Assembly (NCBI GenBank): GCA_963691875.1
Contig: OY829846.1
Coordinates: forward strand, 3,936,001-4,000,000
DNA: 64,000 bases
Direction: 5' to 3'
Origin: Aureliella sp.
GTDB lineage: Bacteria > Planctomycetota > Planctomycetia > Pirellulales > Pirellulaceae
Below are positions 10,344 to 20,587 of this stretch, piece after piece. Positions within the stretch are counted from its first letter, which is position 1, and each line of letters starts with the position of its first letter. The notes below the pieces were generated by a model. The model was not told the origin of the DNA, searched no databases, and saw only the letters and a list, made by a program, of their open reading frames with translations. The translations under genes were made by a program, and so were the position numbers.

Positions 10344-11339
10344 ATGCTTCCCACTTTTGAGCAAATCGAAGCGGCTGCAGCTGTCGTCTACCAATCCATG
10401 CCAGCGACGCCACAATACCAGTGGCCACTATTGAATCAAAGACTTGGCGTAGACCTTTGGCTCAAACATGAAAACCACACTCCAGTTGGCGCATTCAAAG
10501 TGCGAGGCGGTTTGGTTTACTTCGATGCGCACCACTCGCATCTTGCCGATACCGCTGGAGTGATCTGCGCAACCCGCGGAAACCATGGCCAGTCCGTCGC
10601 CTTCGCTGCAAGCCAACACAACATTCCTGTGACCATCGTCGTACCTGAGGGGAACAGCAGCGAGAAGAATGCGGCAATGAAGGCCCTTGGTGCGAAGCTG
10701 GTTGTACGTGGCGAAGACTTTCAAGCATCGCTCGACATTGCGGCGGAAATCGCTCAACATGAGGACTTCGCGATAGTTCCTTCTTTCGATGCTCTACTGG
10801 TAGCTGGCGTTGCCACGTACAGTTTGGAGCTCTTTCGAGCCGTCACGAATATCGATATTTTCTATGTGCCGATTGGATTAGGATCAGGAATCTGCGGCGT
10901 CCTGGCCGCTCGCAACGCCCTGGGCCTTCAGACGGAAGTGGTGGGTGTGGTTTCGGACCAAGCACAAGCCTACGCCAAATCATTCGAGGCCAAGCAAGCT
11001 ATCGAGAGCCCGGCGAGCACGCGCGTCGCCGATGGAATGGCTTGTCGTAGACCTCAAGAATCTGCCTTGTCGATTATCTGCGACCAAGTATCGCGAATCA
11101 CCCAAGTTAGCGATGACGAAGTTGAACAGGCCATGCGTGATATTTACTTCGCCACGCACAACGTAGCGGAAGGCGCTGGAGCAGCTGCAGTAGCCGCCGT
11201 CACAAAGGACGCATCGAAGCTCAAAGGAAAGAGAGTTGCTGCTGTCCTGTGTGGTGGCAATGTGGATGCATCGGTGTTTGCTTCCGTGCTCGGAGCAGGA
11301 CACGGCACTCAGGAAAAGCACGACGCGGCGATCAAGTGA
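10344..11339 (+). CDS. PLP-dependent threonine/serine dehydratase (no ACT domain)
   Basis: KHENHTPVGAFKVRGG PLP-lysine motif, ATRGNHGQS, VPIGLGSG, AEGAGA, LCGGN. ATG at 10344 preferred over the track's TTG at 10248. Confidence 0.9.
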   Translation: MLPTFEQIEAAAAVVYQSMPATPQYQWPLLNQRLGVDLWLKHENHTPVGAFKVRGGLVYFDAHHSHLADTAGVICATRGNHGQSVAFAASQHNIPVTIVVPEGNSSEKNAAMKALGAKLVVRGEDFQASLDIAAEIAQHEDFAIVPSFDALLVAGVATYSLELFRAVTNIDIFYVPIGLGSGICGVLAARNALGLQTEVVGVVSDQAQAYAKSFEAKQAIESPASTRVADGMACRRPQESALSIICDQVSRITQVSDDEVEQAMRDIYFATHNVAEGAGAAAVAAVTKDASKLKGKRVAAVLCGGNVDASVFASVLGAGHGTQEKHDAAIK

Positions 11340-11387
11340 GACATCCATGCTTCGAAAAAGCGTGACAGTCTTAGGATTTTGTCATGA

Positions 11388-11413
11388 AGGTTGCGCTCCG
11401 GGATTCGCAACCT
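11388..11413. terminator. Hairpin between convergent genes (possible terminator)
   Basis: AGGTTGCG ... CGCAACCT 8-bp inverted repeat between the dehydratase and trmB 3' ends; no clear U-tract. Confidence 0.3.
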
Positions 11414-11492
11414 AATCCACTACGATGCAAAGGCTGAGCGAGTCGCCAGAATTTCGTGAGACTGATACACTCACGTGCTCTTCGTGCCTAGT

Positions 11493-12122
11493 TTACCGAT
11501 TCGACTTCATGAAAATCGCACGGTAAACAGGCTGCCCATTCGTCCGCGCGCGTCGCTCAAAGTGCGTGGTGTAATCCATATGATGCTCCGCGCCGCGTTC
11601 TGGAACATAGCGAGGACCGAACAAGGGAGTTTCATCCATCGTGAGCTTGCAGATGTGCTCGTAATAATCCAGCACGTCAGTCCAGAAATGAAATTCCCCG
11701 TGTGATTTTAGTACTCGAACGATGTCTGCCAAAGTCTGCTCGTTTAGCACTCGACGTTTCTTGTGCTTGTTCCGCCACCATGGATCGGGGAAGTAACAGT
11801 GCACGCGATCTACCGCTACGTCTGGAATCACTTCGCTAAGAAATCGTTTGGCGTCGCCTCGAAGCATAGTGACGTTGGATAGAGATCGCTTATGCAACCT
11901 TTGAGCTGCGCGATTCGCAAACTTTCCAGCTAGTTCGACGCCGACGAAGAATCGCTCTGGGCAAGCCTCTGCCGCAGTCTGAAGAAACAGCCCTTTGCCC
12001 GAACCAATCTCAAACTCGACATTGTTCTGTTCTGACGCAATCTCACCCCAGGACTTGGGCTGGCGCAACAAGTCCCAAGCTCGGACGGATTCGCTCGTGT
12101 TCTTTGTAGTTTCTTCGGTCAT
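11493..12122 (-). CDS. trmB: tRNA (guanine-N7)-methyltransferase
   Basis: 209 aa. EIGSGKGLF, GVEL, GDA, YFPDPWWRNKHKKRR, TDV..Y, THFERR. Confidence 0.93.
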   Translation of the reverse strand: MTEETTKNTSESVRAWDLLRQPKSWGEIASEQNNVEFEIGSGKGLFLQTAAEACPERFFVGVELAGKFANRAAQRLHKRSLSNVTMLRGDAKRFLSEVIPDVAVDRVHCYFPDPWWRNKHKKRRVLNEQTLADIVRVLKSHGEFHFWTDVLDYYEHICKLTMDETPLFGPRYVPERGAEHHMDYTTHFERRARTNGQPVYRAIFMKSNR

Positions 12123-12400
12123 GGATCTGATCTTCTAAAGGAGGCAGCAGCATAGCCTTCTTATTCAAGATGTCAATTTCTAGTTGGCATCCTAGCGAAT
12201 ACCTCCACGATCCGAAAAGTAACGCTTAAACAGCTTTGTAAACTCTGGCTGTGAGAATTGTAAAAAAGCTGTATTTCACCTACCAAGGCGCAAAGACACT
12301 GTAAGACCACCGAGTTCGCTGTTTCCGTACGCACTCACTCCTGTAAGGCTTAGTACTTGCCGTTCTTTCTACCGCAGCACTTCTGCAAAGGACTACGACC

Positions 12401-13162
12401 ATGACCAACCGCATTCATTCGAGCTGGCTTCGCTTCTCGCTTAAGAAAACACTCATCGTCACAACAACTACAGTTTTGCTCGTATCAAAGACAGTAAGCA
12501 CGATGCGGGCTGATAGACCTAAGAACGCACTCGAGACTCATCGAGAATCACAACACCCTGGCTTGTGGAAGTCGTTCGATGAAATGCATGCGAGGTATAC
12601 GCACAATTTTGTTGAATCAGAAGGATTTGGAATGGGTCGCATATTTACATTTGAAGACCCTCAGAATCGGATGCTGGAGATCAAAGGTGAGAAGTTCGCG
12701 GTGAGGGAACTTCGTTTGATCGGGCTAAGAGCGGAAGAACCTCGGGTCTATGTAGCTTCTTGGCTCAACATGACCCGCGACAATCTCGATCGCTACGAAA
12801 AACGGGATCTGACCGACTTCGAAAACGAGGCGTTGCGTCGAATGAAGGCGGGGACAAACTTGGCTTGGCTGCTCGACCAACCCAAACAAGCGACAAAGTT
12901 AATTGCTCACCAGTCCGTCCACGGCAAGCAACGTTCAGCGGTCAAGGCAAAAACTGAAACTCAATCGCGCAAGCAGTACAAACTCATCGGAGCACTTCGG
13001 GCAAAAAAGAGCTGTATCACTTGCGACGATGCGGAGCCGAACGAATTACTCGGTGCATTCGTGTACACGATGGAACGAGATCAGATGATGGCAGCAATGC
13101 TAGAAAGCCGAGGCAAGTTTACTGCACTGAAATTGGCCGAGCAGAGCAACTCGAAGAAATGA
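12401..13162 (+). CDS. Planctomycete hypothetical protein with a C-terminal heme-c-like (DUF3365-like) segment, motif CxxCD
   Basis: 253 aa. GGAC upstream of ATG; N-terminal RFSLKKTLIVTT segment; C-terminal IGALRAKKSCITCDDAEPNELLGAFVY resembles the R-A-x3-CxxCH-x-LLGAFxY element. Confidence 0.65.
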   Translation: MTNRIHSSWLRFSLKKTLIVTTTTVLLVSKTVSTMRADRPKNALETHRESQHPGLWKSFDEMHARYTHNFVESEGFGMGRIFTFEDPQNRMLEIKGEKFAVRELRLIGLRAEEPRVYVASWLNMTRDNLDRYEKRDLTDFENEALRRMKAGTNLAWLLDQPKQATKLIAHQSVHGKQRSAVKAKTETQSRKQYKLIGALRAKKSCITCDDAEPNELLGAFVYTMERDQMMAAMLESRGKFTALKLAEQSNSKK

Positions 13163-13378
13163 GACAACTGTAGAGAGATTCGCCAGAACTTCGTTTTGTG
13201 CAGCCAGGTTCTACATGGAACTTAGTGGCTACCGTCGATTACCTAAAGAAGCTAGAACTACTTGCCCAACTTAAGGCGGTAGCGATGCGACCACCGATGC
13301 AGCCACGAAAGGCAGTGAAGAAAACCGAAGCCTAAGCATTCCAGCGCCAAATACTTATGGCGAATTCCGATAAGTGAC

Positions 13379-14863
13379 CTACTCAGACTTCAGCGAATAG
13401 CAATGCAGTTGATTCTGATCGCGTAGCAACAACTTGCCATCAAAGATAACCGGATGTGGCCAGCTCTGCCCGTTTCTGGTTGCGATCTGGAAGGAGCCCT
13501 TGAGTTTATAGTTCTGTGGATCCGCTTCGATCAAAGCCATCACACCGTTCTGATAGCGGAAGTAGAGATGACCGTCTGCGGCCACGATCGCAGCCGAGCC
13601 GGTTCCAGCGCCTCGTTGCTTACCCCACATTTTGCGACCAGTTCGAAAATCGACGCACATCGGAAACCCTTCGTTGTGGCCCTCGCCCATGTAAACATAG
13701 TTTCCGATCTTGATCATGCCACCATGATGGTTCTGCAGTTGCTTCGCGTCCTGATAGTAAACTTCGCGCCAATTCACTACGCCACGTCGGCCAGATAACT
13801 GCAGCAGAGCAGTGCCCCCATCGCCATAGCCTGATGAACAAAACACATAATCTCCGTCGACAATCGGCGTTGGCACATTTGCCGTCTCATTTGCGATCTT
13901 CTCATACTGCCATAGCGGCCGCCCCGTCTTTGCCTCGACGGAAATGAGACCACGGCCTGCCAACGTTATGTATTGTTTGACACCGCCCCCATTGCTTACC
14001 ACAGGCGTTGCATAGCCCGCACCATCTTTCCCACGCTGGCCACCTGGTGCCATGGGCGCTGACCAAATGGTCTCACCTGTTTTCAAATTCAGCGCCGCCA
14101 TCATGGCTCTAGGGCCGCCAGGAGTGCAGATCAGCTTACTGTCGTCTACCAATGGCGATTCGGAATAGCCCCACTGTGACATCATCTTGCCGCCGAAGTC
14201 ACGCTGAAAATTCTTGCTCCACCCTATAGAGCCATCCTCCGCGCTGGCGCAAGCAAGATCCCCTCCTTTGCTAAGCGTGTAGATCATTCCGTCGTGATAT
14301 GTTGGCGTCGAGTTGGGATCGCCACCGCCACCTAAAGAACTGGACCAAAGCGCACTACCGTCGGAGAGGCTAATAGCAGTCAGTTTGAGGTCACCACCAA
14401 CGTTACCCAACGTAAAAATCTTGCCCTCAGCTACACATACGCTGCTCATGCCTTTGCCCATTCCATCTGCCGTCCATAGCAACTCCGGTTTACGACCCTG
14501 CCAGCTAGGAATTAGCCCGGTGTCAGATGAAATCCCGTCAGCCTTCGGCCCCCGCCAGTTCCAAACACTTTGATTCGATTCTGCATTGGAACCAGCCGGT
14601 TGCTCTTTGGGCTCTTTTCTGGCTCTACGAACATAACGCTGACCGCTGGCGTCCAACTTCTTCAGCGGCACTAAGATCTTCTCACCTGACTCTTTGACGA
14701 GCTGCACGTCTGCGGTCAACTCATCACCTGTATTCACAACCAATGTTGCTCGAGTCGAAAAACTCCCAGAGATATCTCGCCAGGTTCGAACTTCTTCTTG
14801 CACTAGAACTGTGGCAAAAAGGAAAGCAATAAGATGGAGCATTGCTAGCTTCCTTTGGGACAA
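13379..14863 (-). CDS. SHD1 domain + PQQ-like (BamB-type) beta-propeller protein
   Basis: 494 aa. RTWRDISGSFSTRATL..VQLVKESGEKILVPLKKL (SHD1-like), then WRGP, YSESPLV, YATP, WPHPVI propeller repeats. Start may be the ATG 7 codons in. Confidence 0.85.
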   Translation of the reverse strand: MSQRKLAMLHLIAFLFATVLVQEEVRTWRDISGSFSTRATLVVNTGDELTADVQLVKESGEKILVPLKKLDASGQRYVRRARKEPKEQPAGSNAESNQSVWNWRGPKADGISSDTGLIPSWQGRKPELLWTADGMGKGMSSVCVAEGKIFTLGNVGGDLKLTAISLSDGSALWSSSLGGGGDPNSTPTYHDGMIYTLSKGGDLACASAEDGSIGWSKNFQRDFGGKMMSQWGYSESPLVDDSKLICTPGGPRAMMAALNLKTGETIWSAPMAPGGQRGKDGAGYATPVVSNGGGVKQYITLAGRGLISVEAKTGRPLWQYEKIANETANVPTPIVDGDYVFCSSGYGDGGTALLQLSGRRGVVNWREVYYQDAKQLQNHHGGMIKIGNYVYMGEGHNEGFPMCVDFRTGRKMWGKQRGAGTGSAAIVAADGHLYFRYQNGVMALIEADPQNYKLKGSFQIATRNGQSWPHPVIFDGKLLLRDQNQLHCYSLKSE

Positions 14864-14940
14864 GCGTGGAGTGTTGCCATCTAGCGTAGCAGTTCGCCGC
14901 GTACGTAGCGATGTACGGCCCCGATTTTCCCGAGCGCATT

Positions 14941-14966
14941 AAAAAGCCCAAACGCGTTGGTTGGGC
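14941..14966 (-). terminator. Rho-independent terminator
   Basis: Minus strand reads GCCCAA-ccaacgcgt-TTGGGC followed by TTTTT, about 27 nt downstream of the stop at 14993. Confidence 0.6.
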
Positions 14967-14992
14967 CTTAATCATGCTAGGTTGAATACTAC

Positions 14993-16210
14993 CTAGGGAG
15001 CCAATCCAGAAGACGCGTTTGCGTTGAAGCCACCATCGTCATTAGCCAAAGCTGCAGCCGCAACCGCGAGAGCAGCTGCCCCAAGGGCCCCACCGCCACC
15101 ACCAAGACCGGCTCCTCCACCACCAGCTCCGCCGCCCAGGCCACCGCCTGCAGCGGAAATCGGAGAGCCGGAAGCTGCTAGTCCACCTACTGTCGGTCCT
15201 GACCCTGGCGCTGATCCAGGTGGGACGTTATTCGCTGTAGTTGGAGTATTGTCGGGCAGACGATCGTCGAGGATTTCCTTGACTCCGTCCATCAGTGCCG
15301 GAGGAATAAGAGAAATCAGCATACTCTCTGCCGCACCGACTTGATTGGCAACGAAACGCATGCGGCTGTTCGTCAATCCCGTCGTTGGACCCTTCAGCTC
15401 TCCAACACCTTTGAACTCAACGACCTCAACCAAGTGAGCAACGTGACCACCCATTCCGATGGCCACCATCGAGTTCAGTCCGAGCGGAACATTCTTTAAC
15501 TCGAAGTTGCCATTCTTGTCTGACTTGGCTGTAACCTCCTTTTCACCCTGCGTGAAGGTGATCGAGATCTCTCCAAGCATTGCGATATAGCCGAGCTGTG
15601 GAGCAAGGGCTTGGCCGGTCACGCTTCCGTCAGCCGTACGCATCACTTGAAAGCGACTCAGCTTGCCCGCGTCTGCAGTATCAAAATCACTCTGAGGCAA
15701 GACGTCTGCTTCGTCGCTTGCCACGAAGGCCGATTCATCGATTTGCTTACGCAATGCACTTGAATTTACCATTGCGAGCGGAAGATCCACCGGCTTTCCG
15801 CCACCAGCTGGCGCGGCTGCCATGTAGAAAGGAATCGCGGCGTAGAGTGCGTTGGTCGAACGTGTTGACAGTGTGTCTGCCGTAATAACGAGAGCCGCCA
15901 AGCCTTGCTGAACACCAGCAAACGCCAGCCTGCCATTCTCATCGGGCCGCTGGTCAATGCGGTCGCCATTTGGCTGTACCAAGGAGACGAGATACTCGTC
16001 CTTCGGTCCGTCAACCAAGCCATTGCTCTGAAGAACGATCTCCAGCTGATCCCCTTCTAAGTAAGCGATCAAGTCGCTCGAGATCTTGCGTTGTTCACCC
16101 TGGAGCAAAACGGTCCAAGGACTGTTGAAACCAACAGGCACTTCCTGTGCTCGAACGAGCATCGGACACAGCAGAATACAGGTGAGAATAAAGCGTGAAC
16201 TGTTCTTCAT
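14993..16210 (-). CDS. Secreted hypothetical protein with beta-sandwich-like repeats and a Gly/Ala-rich C-terminus
   Basis: 405 aa. Signal peptide (VRA-Q); two TDxNG-like segments (PDENGRLAFAGVQQG, SDKNGNFELKNVPLG); poly-Gly tail followed by a hydrophobic Ala stretch. Confidence 0.75.
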   Translation of the reverse strand: MKNSSRFILTCILLCPMLVRAQEVPVGFNSPWTVLLQGEQRKISSDLIAYLEGDQLEIVLQSNGLVDGPKDEYLVSLVQPNGDRIDQRPDENGRLAFAGVQQGLAALVITADTLSTRSTNALYAAIPFYMAAAPAGGGKPVDLPLAMVNSSALRKQIDESAFVASDEADVLPQSDFDTADAGKLSRFQVMRTADGSVTGQALAPQLGYIAMLGEISITFTQGEKEVTAKSDKNGNFELKNVPLGLNSMVAIGMGGHVAHLVEVVEFKGVGELKGPTTGLTNSRMRFVANQVGAAESMLISLIPPALMDGVKEILDDRLPDNTPTTANNVPPGSAPGSGPTVGGLAASGSPISAAGGGLGGGAGGGGAGLGGGGGALGAAALAVAAAALANDDGGFNANASSGLAP

Positions 16211-16337
16211 CTGTCGACCTTAATTGAAGCAATCGTCGCAGGGTATCCTATCTTACCCATGTATCCCTTATAGTTCGATTCCGTCAATTTTACGCGAAAA
16301 GCAGGACTTACTTCGCCTAACCAAAGAAGCGCCCCCT

Positions 16338-19178
16338 CTATCGAGGTATTACCTTCGTGTCGCTGTCCAATATTTTCAAGGTCAGTGAAGGCGCTAATCC
16401 AGGCTTGTTGCTGTTGCGGAAGTCCACGTAGCTGCCTCCTTTGATTCGGTAGGAGCCAGGAGCGTTGAAAAGCACAGCAGCTGCATCTCCCTTGGCGTTA
16501 ATCCGAGTCTCATTAGTTGTGATGCGTCGGACTGGATCAGGTTCCGTAGCGCGACCTTTTACAAAAGGAACTTGGGCGTAGCTGAGCACCGCAATGCCAG
16601 CGCTGGTGTTTTGGGAAATCAAACCCGAGAAACAATCCAGATGCCCGGCCAGAAGCAAGCAACCAAAATCGTTCGAGCTCATGGTGCAATCTCGTGCTTC
16701 CACAGACTTGCCTGGACCTCGGCAATCGATCAAGAGTCCTTTTGAATTGTCCTCAAAGATGCATTGCTCCATCGACAGGTGGCTGTCCTGCAAGTTGAGG
16801 CCGTAGATGGAGCACTTCTTAAACTGTGCGTTGTAGACCACTAGGTCACTTTGCCTCAGAACCCCCATTCCAATGGCACACTCCACCATTTCCAAGTCTT
16901 CGAACTCGCCACTGCTCTGCTCGCAATAGACACCGACCTGGCAATCGGAAAAGACATTGACGCCTCCGAGCTTCACTTCGCTACACCCGAAAAACTCGAC
17001 TCCGTGCAGAAGTCCCGTAAAATCACAACGCTGTATCAATAGCTCCTTCGAAGCATCGCGACTCGAGATTCCTTTCCCCTTTTTCGCATTGCCCGTAAAC
17101 GTACATTCTCGGATCGTCCCAGATGAATCGGTCAACTGAATGGCCACAGCAGGTTCTTCGCGCTCCACTGCCGAGTTCAACAGATTGAACCGAAAGTGGC
17201 ATTTTTCAAGGTTCAGCAGCGATTTCGGCTCCGCCACGAGAGCTGGGTGCCTCGCAGAGACAAAGTCTGTTCCAGTCGCGATCAACGCGGACTCAGAATG
17301 CAACTTCACGCAATCGTAGCTATCCGTGTTGACGCTGCAGCCCTTCAGTTCCAGGGAGCCGGTCTTGAGCTCGATCGTGTTGATCTTGTCACCGCTGGCG
17401 TCGATCGAGAGATTCGTCAAAGTGACCCGTTGTCCCCCGTCCACCACAAGGGCCGATGCACCTTTGCCGATGAACTTGATTTCATCTCGAGCACCTTGGC
17501 CGATCAGTGCAATATTTTTATCTACTTCGACTGACTCGCGATACGTTCCTGGCTGAATGTAGATCTCGCTGTCGACCTCTGCAGCCGCGATGGCCTCCGC
17601 GATTGAGCCATGTGTCCCATTACCTTGCTGTGACACTACGATCTTGGCACCTGCGGTTGGGCTGCCTCCAGAACTTGCCCCAACACTTCCAGAGCCAGAA
17701 TCTCCACGCGGCCAAAGACTATATGCGCAACATGCGAGTAGGATCACGCCGATGGCAGTTACAGCACTGATAAGAACACGCTTAGAACCTCCGGGGACGT
17801 TACCCGCGAAGCTACTATTTGTATTGATCGTCTTCACTACACTTCGAATGGTCGCTTGGCCATCCTGCGTCGTATCGATCTGAATCTCCTCCCGCGGCAA
17901 ATCACAGGTTTGCAAAACCTGCTGCAAGTCGGCCACCAACTCGCGCGCACTGGCGTAACGGTCTGTTAAATCCTTCGCACAACAAAGATTGAAAACTGCA
18001 TCCAGGGCTTTGGGCAACTCAGCCGATCTCTGACTCAGTGGCTTGGGATGCCGGTTCAGCACCTCTTTCGTTAGCTCCTGAAACCCCGTAGCGTCAAAGG
18101 GCAATCGCCCAGACAGCATCTTGTAAAGGATCACCCCTAAAGCCCAAACATCTGCTCGTCCATCCAGCCAATTTGCGTGGCCGGATAGTTGCTCTGGAGC
18201 CATGTACGCCGGCGTGCCAGCGATCTCACCGGCGAGTGAACTCTGGTCTTCCTCAAACACTGCCAGACCAAAATCTACGATCCAAGGCTCGCCTTTTCGG
18301 TCAATCAAAATGTTATCCGGTTTCAAATCGCGATGCACCAGACCTGACTCATGCGCAACATTGATCGAACGCGCGATCTTGATCAACGTAGAAATGGCCC
18401 AGCTTACAGGCACTGAGTTCGCCGTTTGTAGAATCTCGCCAAGCGTCGACCCATCGATAAACTTCTGAGCCACAAATGGCTGCCCCCCTGCCGTCGTGCC
18501 AACCTGCAATACCGGAACTATCCCAGGTGCATCTATCTTGGCAGCATTTCGAGCTTCCTGGATGTATTGGCTGGCTAACTTCCGCTCCCCCAACAATGGT
18601 ACTTTGATCGCGACCTTTCGATCCAGCTTCTCATCGCGAGCAAGGTAGACAACACCAAAAGCTCCGCGACCGAGCTCCTCCAAAATCTCAAATCCTTCGA
18701 TGCGGTCGCCAGCCAGGAGATCCATCGGCGGCTCCGAAGCAACTGCCCTTCCTGCTGCGCCGAAAAACGTAGCATCCGAGATGGAGCCAGCCACCAAGCT
18801 CGCATCGATGCTCATTGCCAGGTCATCAGTTTGCTCCGAAACGCCAACGTTAGAGCTGCCGACATTCTGGGTGGCCTCGACATCCAAAGCAGAGTCGTGA
18901 AACGAGTGAATCTCCGTTCGTTCTTCGTCGCTATTCGCCTCATGAATAGAGAATTCCACGTCGTCGATCCCAGGCTCATCACCCTGCTTAGCGGTCGCCT
19001 CTAGGTCAGACGGAGTGGCTGACGACGCATCGGATTCTCCAAAGCTACAAGTCTCCTCCAAGGAACTTGCCGAACCTAAATCATCCGCGCTATTGGGTTT
19101 CGTAGAGTCAGATTCTGGTGCAGCCGAAAATCGCTTCGAAGCGTCCGAGTCAAGATCTTCTTGTTCAGAGTCCGTCAT
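16338..19178 (-). CDS. Membrane Ser/Thr protein kinase with C-terminal right-handed beta-helix domain
   Basis: 946 aa. LGRGAFGVVY, VAIK, HRDLKPDN, DFGLA, GTPAYMAPE; a TM helix; then VVSQQGNGTHGSIAEAI..IYIQPGTYRE and Cys-rich parallel beta-helix repeats. Confidence 0.92.
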   Translation of the reverse strand: MTDSEQEDLDSDASKRFSAAPESDSTKPNSADDLGSASSLEETCSFGESDASSATPSDLEATAKQGDEPGIDDVEFSIHEANSDEERTEIHSFHDSALDVEATQNVGSSNVGVSEQTDDLAMSIDASLVAGSISDATFFGAAGRAVASEPPMDLLAGDRIEGFEILEELGRGAFGVVYLARDEKLDRKVAIKVPLLGERKLASQYIQEARNAAKIDAPGIVPVLQVGTTAGGQPFVAQKFIDGSTLGEILQTANSVPVSWAISTLIKIARSINVAHESGLVHRDLKPDNILIDRKGEPWIVDFGLAVFEEDQSSLAGEIAGTPAYMAPEQLSGHANWLDGRADVWALGVILYKMLSGRLPFDATGFQELTKEVLNRHPKPLSQRSAELPKALDAVFNLCCAKDLTDRYASARELVADLQQVLQTCDLPREEIQIDTTQDGQATIRSVVKTINTNSSFAGNVPGGSKRVLISAVTAIGVILLACCAYSLWPRGDSGSGSVGASSGGSPTAGAKIVVSQQGNGTHGSIAEAIAAAEVDSEIYIQPGTYRESVEVDKNIALIGQGARDEIKFIGKGASALVVDGGQRVTLTNLSIDASGDKINTIELKTGSLELKGCSVNTDSYDCVKLHSESALIATGTDFVSARHPALVAEPKSLLNLEKCHFRFNLLNSAVEREEPAVAIQLTDSSGTIRECTFTGNAKKGKGISSRDASKELLIQRCDFTGLLHGVEFFGCSEVKLGGVNVFSDCQVGVYCEQSSGEFEDLEMVECAIGMGVLRQSDLVVYNAQFKKCSIYGLNLQDSHLSMEQCIFEDNSKGLLIDCRGPGKSVEARDCTMSSNDFGCLLLAGHLDCFSGLISQNTSAGIAVLSYAQVPFVKGRATEPDPVRRITTNETRINAKGDAAAVLFNAPGSYRIKGGSYVDFRNSNKPGLAPSLTLKILDSDTKVIPR

Positions 19179-19210
19179 AGGAATCTATTTCACCAACACG
19201 ATAGAAACAG

Positions 19211-20215
19211 CTACCTCAGAATTTTCTTTGCCGCATCCGACGGGTCAGAATTCAAATACCCAAGGGAAACCAGGAATTCATCCAAGGCCTGGACCGTCTT
19301 GCGGAAGTTCTCTTTCGACTTGCTAGAACGATAGTTGAAGAATCCGTGTCCTTGTTCAGGATAAGCCTTAAGCTCACAACGATCACCGTTCTCCTTCATC
19401 TTGTCGGCAAAGACCTTCGCAGTTTCGAAAGGCACTGTCGTGTCAGCTTCACCGTGAAAAATGATGGCTGGAGGTGCCCCGGAAGCAAGTCGATGATAAG
19501 GCGAAATCTCTTTCGGCTCGACACCGGCCCGCTCTTTGATTGAGGCCAGCTTCTTTTCGTCAACAGATCGATCCCCGATGGGAGCCAGCACCAGCGCGGG
19601 ATTGAACAACGCCATGGCATTGGGCCGAGAGCTGATTTTCATGTCCTCGCCTTCTGGCTCCAAACCATCAACGACTCCTGTACAGGCTGCAAGATGACCA
19701 CCGGCGGAGCCACCACCAGCCACGATGCGATCGGCATCGATGCCCAATCGCTCTGCATTCTGCCTCATCCATCTCACCGCCGACTTAGCATCGGCCACAC
19801 AAGCATTCGCCTTCACGCCGTGTCTACTAGCTACCCGATAATCAGCCGTGATGGCAATCATCCCGCGCGCAGCAAGGAAACGGCAATGGTGCTCGAACTG
19901 AGCGGGTGTGCCACTGCGCCAACCACCACCAAAGAAGAATACGATCGCCGGTAGCTTCTGGCCGTCTTCATAGGAAGCCGGGTAAAACACGTGTGCCTTA
20001 AGCCTTGCATCATCGATCTCTTTGTAGACTTCGGAGCGCGCTCCCTCGAACGACAAGTTTTCGATCGCTTGCTTAGACTTATCGTTGTTGGCCCTGCGTT
20101 GCTGAGCGCTTACAACTCCGACTGGTATCAAGGTTACAAAACTAGCAACGAAAACGACGAGTGCTCTTATATGGGACTGCCGCATGTTCTCAAGCTCGAC
20201 TGAAAGTATCCACAA
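19211..20215 (-). CDS. Alpha/beta hydrolase, HSL-like esterase (BD-FAE type)
   Basis: 334 aa. FFGGGW oxyanion motif, GGSAGGHLA nucleophile, HGEADTTV, HGFFN. Confidence 0.9.
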   Translation of the reverse strand: MWILSVELENMRQSHIRALVVFVASFVTLIPVGVVSAQQRRANNDKSKQAIENLSFEGARSEVYKEIDDARLKAHVFYPASYEDGQKLPAIVFFFGGGWRSGTPAQFEHHCRFLAARGMIAITADYRVASRHGVKANACVADAKSAVRWMRQNAERLGIDADRIVAGGGSAGGHLAACTGVVDGLEPEGEDMKISSRPNAMALFNPALVLAPIGDRSVDEKKLASIKERAGVEPKEISPYHRLASGAPPAIIFHGEADTTVPFETAKVFADKMKENGDRCELKAYPEQGHGFFNYRSSKSKENFRKTVQALDEFLVSLGYLNSDPSDAAKKILR

Positions 20216-20587
20216 TGCAAAGAACCGAATAACGGCGCAATTCTACCTCAATTCACCTTTAGATTCGAGCCTTCGCCAATAGAGTTCGCCTGCCATTCTT
20301 TCACCGCCTGTGTAGTGTTGGCTTACCAGTGGTATTCATTGCTTTCAGCCTACAGTTCCAACACCAATGTTTCGCTATCTCCAGGCTCAATCGAATGCTA
20401 CCTTTTCGTCCGTAGCAACCAGTGCTCAAGCACATCAGCGTCGAGATCATTACTACACAAAAGACTGTGTTCAATATCGATTCGGTTGTGGCAGGGAGTG
20501 CGACATAGCGCGCAATCGGTAATGAAAGTTGTCGTGAACTTGTTGACCAGAGAACCGCATGGACAGGAAAGTCATCATTACGAAGAC

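Noticed and set aside
15024..15344. Pro-rich plus-strand ORF and GCC/CCA-like repeats
   Set aside because: Antisense shadow of the poly-Gly tail of the gene at 14993-16210.
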